A stretch of 20,000 bases of DNA from an uncultured virus (IMG/VR IMGVR_UViG_3300011211_000031). Taxonomy: Duplodnaviria > Heunggongvirae > Uroviricota > Caudoviricetes. Where the stretch lies: positions 44,549 through 64,548 of IMG/VR virus record IMGVR_UViG_3300011211_000031; one strand, given 5' to 3'. How positions within the stretch are numbered: position 1 is the stretch's first letter; each line of letters opens with the position of its first letter. Below, piece by piece: positions 16,670-20,000 of this stretch. A model generated the notes under the pieces. That model was not told where the DNA came from. It did no database searches and saw nothing but the letters and a program-made list of their open reading frames with translations. Position numbers and translations under genes: made by a program.

Positions 16670-17163
16670 GGTCTCGAAGCTTTGCACTCGTCGAGCTCAG
16701 CCTTGTAGTCGGGCTAGCTGCGATAGCCGGTCTAGGTGCCTGGATGGCCTTCGGTCCTACTTCCGCTGGCACCAAGGTCCAACAAGAAGCGGCAAATCTG
16801 ACCCAGCTGGCGGACGCCATCACTGCTGACTACGCTGTCGCAGTGGGGCGCTACCAGGGCGTTGGCGTGGCAGCGGCTGTCGAGCGCAATTTGGCACCGT
16901 CAGCTTGGGTAGAGGGCCAGGAACTGCAATCCCGGACCTTAGGAAAAATCGAGCTCTCACCCATTCAAGGAGGGCAGGGCTTCCGAATCACCGCGACTGC
17001 TGTCCAGGTCGAGCTTTGCTCTGGTCTCGTGCAAGTCGCTTCCAAGGCCTTCTCTGAGGTCCACGTCAATGGCGTGCTGGTCTACTCTCGCCGATCTCTG
17101 AATCAGACCGCGTTAGCAGAGAGCTGTGCTGAGGGTGGGGAAGTCGCGTTTGACCGGATCTAG
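16666..17163 (+). CDS. Type IV pilin, PilS-like
   Basis: Class III-like leader MRSRS/FALVE (Phe+1, Glu+5), hydrophobic helix, GFRITAT...ELC...V-x-VNG...SC C-terminal Cys pair. Confidence 0.8.
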   Translation: MRSRSFALVELSLVVGLAAIAGLGAWMAFGPTSAGTKVQQEAANLTQLADAITADYAVAVGRYQGVGVAAAVERNLAPSAWVEGQELQSRTLGKIELSPIQGGQGFRITATAVQVELCSGLVQVASKAFSEVHVNGVLVYSRRSLNQTALAESCAEGGEVAFDRI

Positions 17164-17226
17164 CCATTGAAAAAGCTATAGCTATGGTGACTGCATCCGT
17201 CTCGACGAGTAAGACTAGGGCATCGT

Positions 17227-17499
17227 ATGCTTGGGCTTCAACCAACAGTGGAAGTAGGGGGGGGCGACGTGGCAGAAGGAACAGGGGGCTCGGGTTCAGG
17301 CGGAATTTGGGCGTTGGTGATGAGTGTTGTCACTCTTCTTTTGAAGATCTGGGACTCTATTCCCGAAGAGCAAAAGAATAAAATCATCAATACTATTGTT
17401 GAAAGTTTCACGAAGACGTTCGAAGCTTTCTTCGATAAATTCCACGCATGGGTTAAAAGTGATAGCGCCGATGCTGCTCCGGAGATGACCCATGAGTGA
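17227..17499 (+). CDS. Small hypothetical protein with one hydrophobic segment (alternative start GTG 17269)
   Basis: IWALVMSVVTLLL followed by amphipathic helices; 8-nt overlap with the next ORF. Confidence 0.65.
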   Translation: MLGLQPTVEVGGGDVAEGTGGSGSGGIWALVMSVVTLLLKIWDSIPEEQKNKIINTIVESFTKTFEAFFDKFHAWVKSDSADAAPEMTHE

Positions 17500-17845
17500 T
17501 CGGAAATTCTCATTGTCGAGCTTCATTGCCGAAAGTAGTTCCGCATCCGCAGCAGGTAAGGCGCTGCCAAGCCCATCGGCTTCAACGGGTGGCGAGCTTG
17601 GACAGGTGGCGATAAGGATTGCGGATGGGATTTCTCCGATCTTGGCGATTTCTGGAATCAAGAAATCTGAGCAGCAGAAGTTCGAAGAGTCAGCCGTTGA
17701 TCTCGTTACGTCCTCGGAATTTATCGATGGACTTAGCGAAAAAGTCGGGGTTCCGCTTGAAGGCGAGACCAAAGAGCAGTTTGTTAGCCGAGCGAAGTCG
17801 GAGTTGCGAACCCTCCTGACTCAGAAGTTGCTCAAAAAGAAGTAG
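17492..17845 (+). CDS. Hypothetical protein
   Basis: GGAG RBS; 117 aa; followed by a terminator. Confidence 0.75.
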   Translation: MSDRKFSLSSFIAESSSASAAGKALPSPSASTGGELGQVAIRIADGISPILAISGIKKSEQQKFEESAVDLVTSSEFIDGLSEKVGVPLEGETKEQFVSRAKSELRTLLTQKLLKKK

Positions 17846-17868
17846 AGAGCAAGTGCAACTCCTTTCAT

Positions 17869-17898
17869 AGAACCCGTCTTCACGACGGGTTTTTCTTT
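17869..17898 (+). terminator. Intrinsic terminator
   Basis: AACCCGTC-TTCAC-GACGGGTT followed by TTTCTTT. Confidence 0.85.
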
Positions 17899-17935
17899 GC
17901 CAGACTTGCGACTGTGCGCAAGCAGAGCTATCAGC

Positions 17936-18993
17936 TTACAGCAGTCCTAGCGCTTGAAGGGCTCTCACTTCGACGATGTCTACCTCACCGTTGGGCATGG
18001 TCTCAGCCGTAAAAGGTGCGTTGACGAAGTAGTCTTCGCCCTGCGGTGTGATGTTAACGCCGGCATTGCCATAGCTCTCGATGACGACTTGCTTAAGCTC
18101 ATCAAAGACAGCGAGTCCTGCTTTGTCATCCATCCGATTCCAAGTGCTTCGCAGTGCTGTCCAGAACCGAGGGATCAACTCAGTAAGCCCTGAATCGGCA
18201 TAGGTCGGGCAAAGCACCTCAAGGTCCATCTCGTCCTGGTTGGCATCAAGGTGGCCGAGCAGATATGAGGCTAATTTAAGAGGCATAGCCGTGTGCGTGC
18301 CCGCTTGTATCAGCAGCGTGTCAACGCTGCCATGAACGCGGAAGTCCTTAATCTTGTACCTTGCTCGCTCAAGATACAGCCCAGCTGATTCGTCGAAGTT
18401 CTTCGCATATTGCTCCTTCAATGCCTCAACATCAGCGATAAAGCCGGTGAGCCGACATGCAGCATATTCCTCCCAAACGGCCGTTGTGTGTGTAGGAATA
18501 GGTTGTCGGTGAAGTTGCCGTCCTTAAGCTGTTCATCAAGCCCTGGGGCTGATTCGTCTCTCCATTTCAGCTCTGCAACGTGACCCAGCTCATGGGCAAT
18601 CAAGTGCAGTGCTTGCTTATAGCCAGGGCTTGTGTTGTCAACGATGTCCTGGATGAAGGCTGCGCTGTAGACGACATGTGTCTTCTCGATTCCGTCTCTT
18701 TTCACGCTTACGGCTTTGGCAATGCACTCAACTTCCGCAGTTGAAGTGAACGAGGGCGGTGATACGCCTGGCTCACCCATGTCAACGGCCGCAATGGCCG
18801 ACGCGAAGTCATACCCGACTGTCACGCCTGCCAGTCGCTCGAGATCTAATACGCGACTGCATACTGTAAGGGCGACAGATAGGTGCTCATAGAACACTTG
18901 AACGAACTCTTGGCTTGGGAACCCTAAAAGCGCAATTCTAAGGTTCTTGGGGACCGTCGAAGCTGGCATATCTTGTATTGTCTTTTTTTCCAC
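17936..18993 (-). pseudogene. HExxH zinc metallopeptidase-like gene split by a frameshift in a dinucleotide repeat
   Basis: IAHELGH in ORF 18418-18993; removing one CA from the tract at 18485-18493 gives LHTTAVWEEYAACRL... in frame with ORF 17936-18421, a 351-aa product. Confidence 0.8.
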
Positions 18994-19066
18994 AACTGGC
19001 TCCGTGGATAGTGAATCTTAGCCGGCAGCTGACCCTATAACAGCAGCTGACCGCCTGAGCTGTGAG

Positions 19067-19513
19067 CTAAGGACTTGACTCCACGAAGGCTTCTGCTTCC
19101 TTGGTCAGGCCATTACACCCAGAACCAAGGCTATCGTAGAAGTCGCCAAAATCACGTGTCATCAGAACGCAATGGATGCTGTAAATTGCAGATCGACGAA
19201 TGTAAAGCTGGTCGTCTGGGTTCTGCTCTTTTAAGAGTTCAAAGAACCTTGCCCTGCCCATGAAGTATTGGTAGTCCCGTTGAGCGGCAATGGCCTTCTG
19301 CGCAACGAATTCAAGCGGATAAATTTCGAGATACTGCTTGACCTCAGGATGGCGATCAAGTTCGCCGGCTTCGTGATGTATTTCATACATCTCGTGGAAG
19401 AAGTGTGCCTCCACAAGCTTGGTGCTGAAATTTGCTCCGTGATATGCAAACGAACTGATACCAAATGCCGCTTGCACCAATGCCTCCGCTATTGCCCTAT
19501 CGTCGCTTGACAT
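19067..19513 (-). CDS. Hypothetical protein
   Basis: GGAGG RBS before ATG 19513 (the longer ORF starts inside the IS); 148 aa. Confidence 0.75.
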   Translation of the reverse strand: MSSDDRAIAEALVQAAFGISSFAYHGANFSTKLVEAHFFHEMYEIHHEAGELDRHPEVKQYLEIYPLEFVAQKAIAAQRDYQYFMGRARFFELLKEQNPDDQLYIRRSAIYSIHCVLMTRDFGDFYDSLGSGCNGLTKEAEAFVESSP

Positions 19514-19552
19514 GTTGACCTCCGTGTAAGGAATGCCATCATAAGCCATAGC

Positions 19553-19580
19553 AAAAAGGTGGGGGCTCCCCCACTCAAAA
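19553..19580 (-). terminator. Intrinsic terminator-like hairpin
   Basis: Minus strand GTGGGG-GAGC-CCCCAC-CTTTTT. Confidence 0.6.
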
Positions 19581-19591
19581 GAGGAGCTCCC

Positions 19592-19920
19592 TGAACTGGC
19601 CCCCCAAGGACGTACGCCAAGAAGCGATACTTGATCGCACTTGGAGGTCCACATGTCCCCTATCAGTCGCCGTAGTTATACAGATGAGTTCAAGCACCAG
19701 GCCGTGACCTTAGCCGAGTCGCTAGGCCCGGCAGCCGCGGCCCGACAATTGGAAATTTCGGTCAAGACCCTGACCAACTGGGTCGAGGCCGTCCGTGCAG
19801 GCCGGTCGCTGAGTTCGCAGACCCGTCGGCAGGCTACCGATCTGGAAAGCGAGCTCAGTCGCCTGCGGGCGGAAAATGCCACCTTGCGGATGGAGCGGGA
19901 AATCCTAAAAAAAGCGGCGG
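19592..19920 (+). mobile_element. Second, inverted copy of the same IS3 (left inverted repeat plus orfA from ATG 19653), interrupted at 19920
   Basis: Near-identical to the reverse complement of 14804-15132; similarity stops just after AAAAAAAGCGGCGG. Confidence 0.92.
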
Positions 19921-20000
19921 TGGGCTCAACCGGTCAATGCAGCATCATCGGTGAACAACAATATCCGGGGGTGGACTGTGGGCATGGGAAGACCTGGGCT
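19921..20000 (+). mobile_element. Probable left end of an IS30-family element
   Basis: CTCAACCGGTCAATGCAGCA resembles IS30-type ends as I recall them; ORF start ATG 19984 (MGRPG...); only 80 bp visible. Confidence 0.5.

Overview
GC-rich accessory DNA, probably from a Xanthomonadales host such as Stenotrophomonas (inferred from composition and gene types). It has four layers. (1) 1-6500 is the right end of a prophage: a partial tail-tip gene, accessory genes (SRAP, BLUF photoreceptor, a proteasome-beta/HslV-like protein), a tRNA-Val-like att remnant, a P4-type tyrosine integrase and a tRNA-Ser 3'-end attR followed by tRNA-linked repeats. (2) About 6750-8700 holds decayed phage remnants (AlpA-like gene, NinB-like pseudogene, a membrane protein). 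(3) 8988-13800 is a minus-strand three-gene unit: small HNH nuclease, UvrD/helicase IV-like protein with a nuclease-like insert and zinc finger, and a second HNH nuclease. It has a sigma70-like promoter and a strongly structured ~108 nt leader, and is the best candidate for an undescribed defence system. (4) 13897-20000 is a lower-GC mobilisable-element remnant (relaxase/helicase pseudogene, orphan type IV pilin, frameshifted HExxH protein) between two inverted IS3 copies; the second copy is interrupted by a probable IS30-family element. No intact tRNA, rRNA or CRISPR array is present. All family calls come from motif recognition only; no searches were run.
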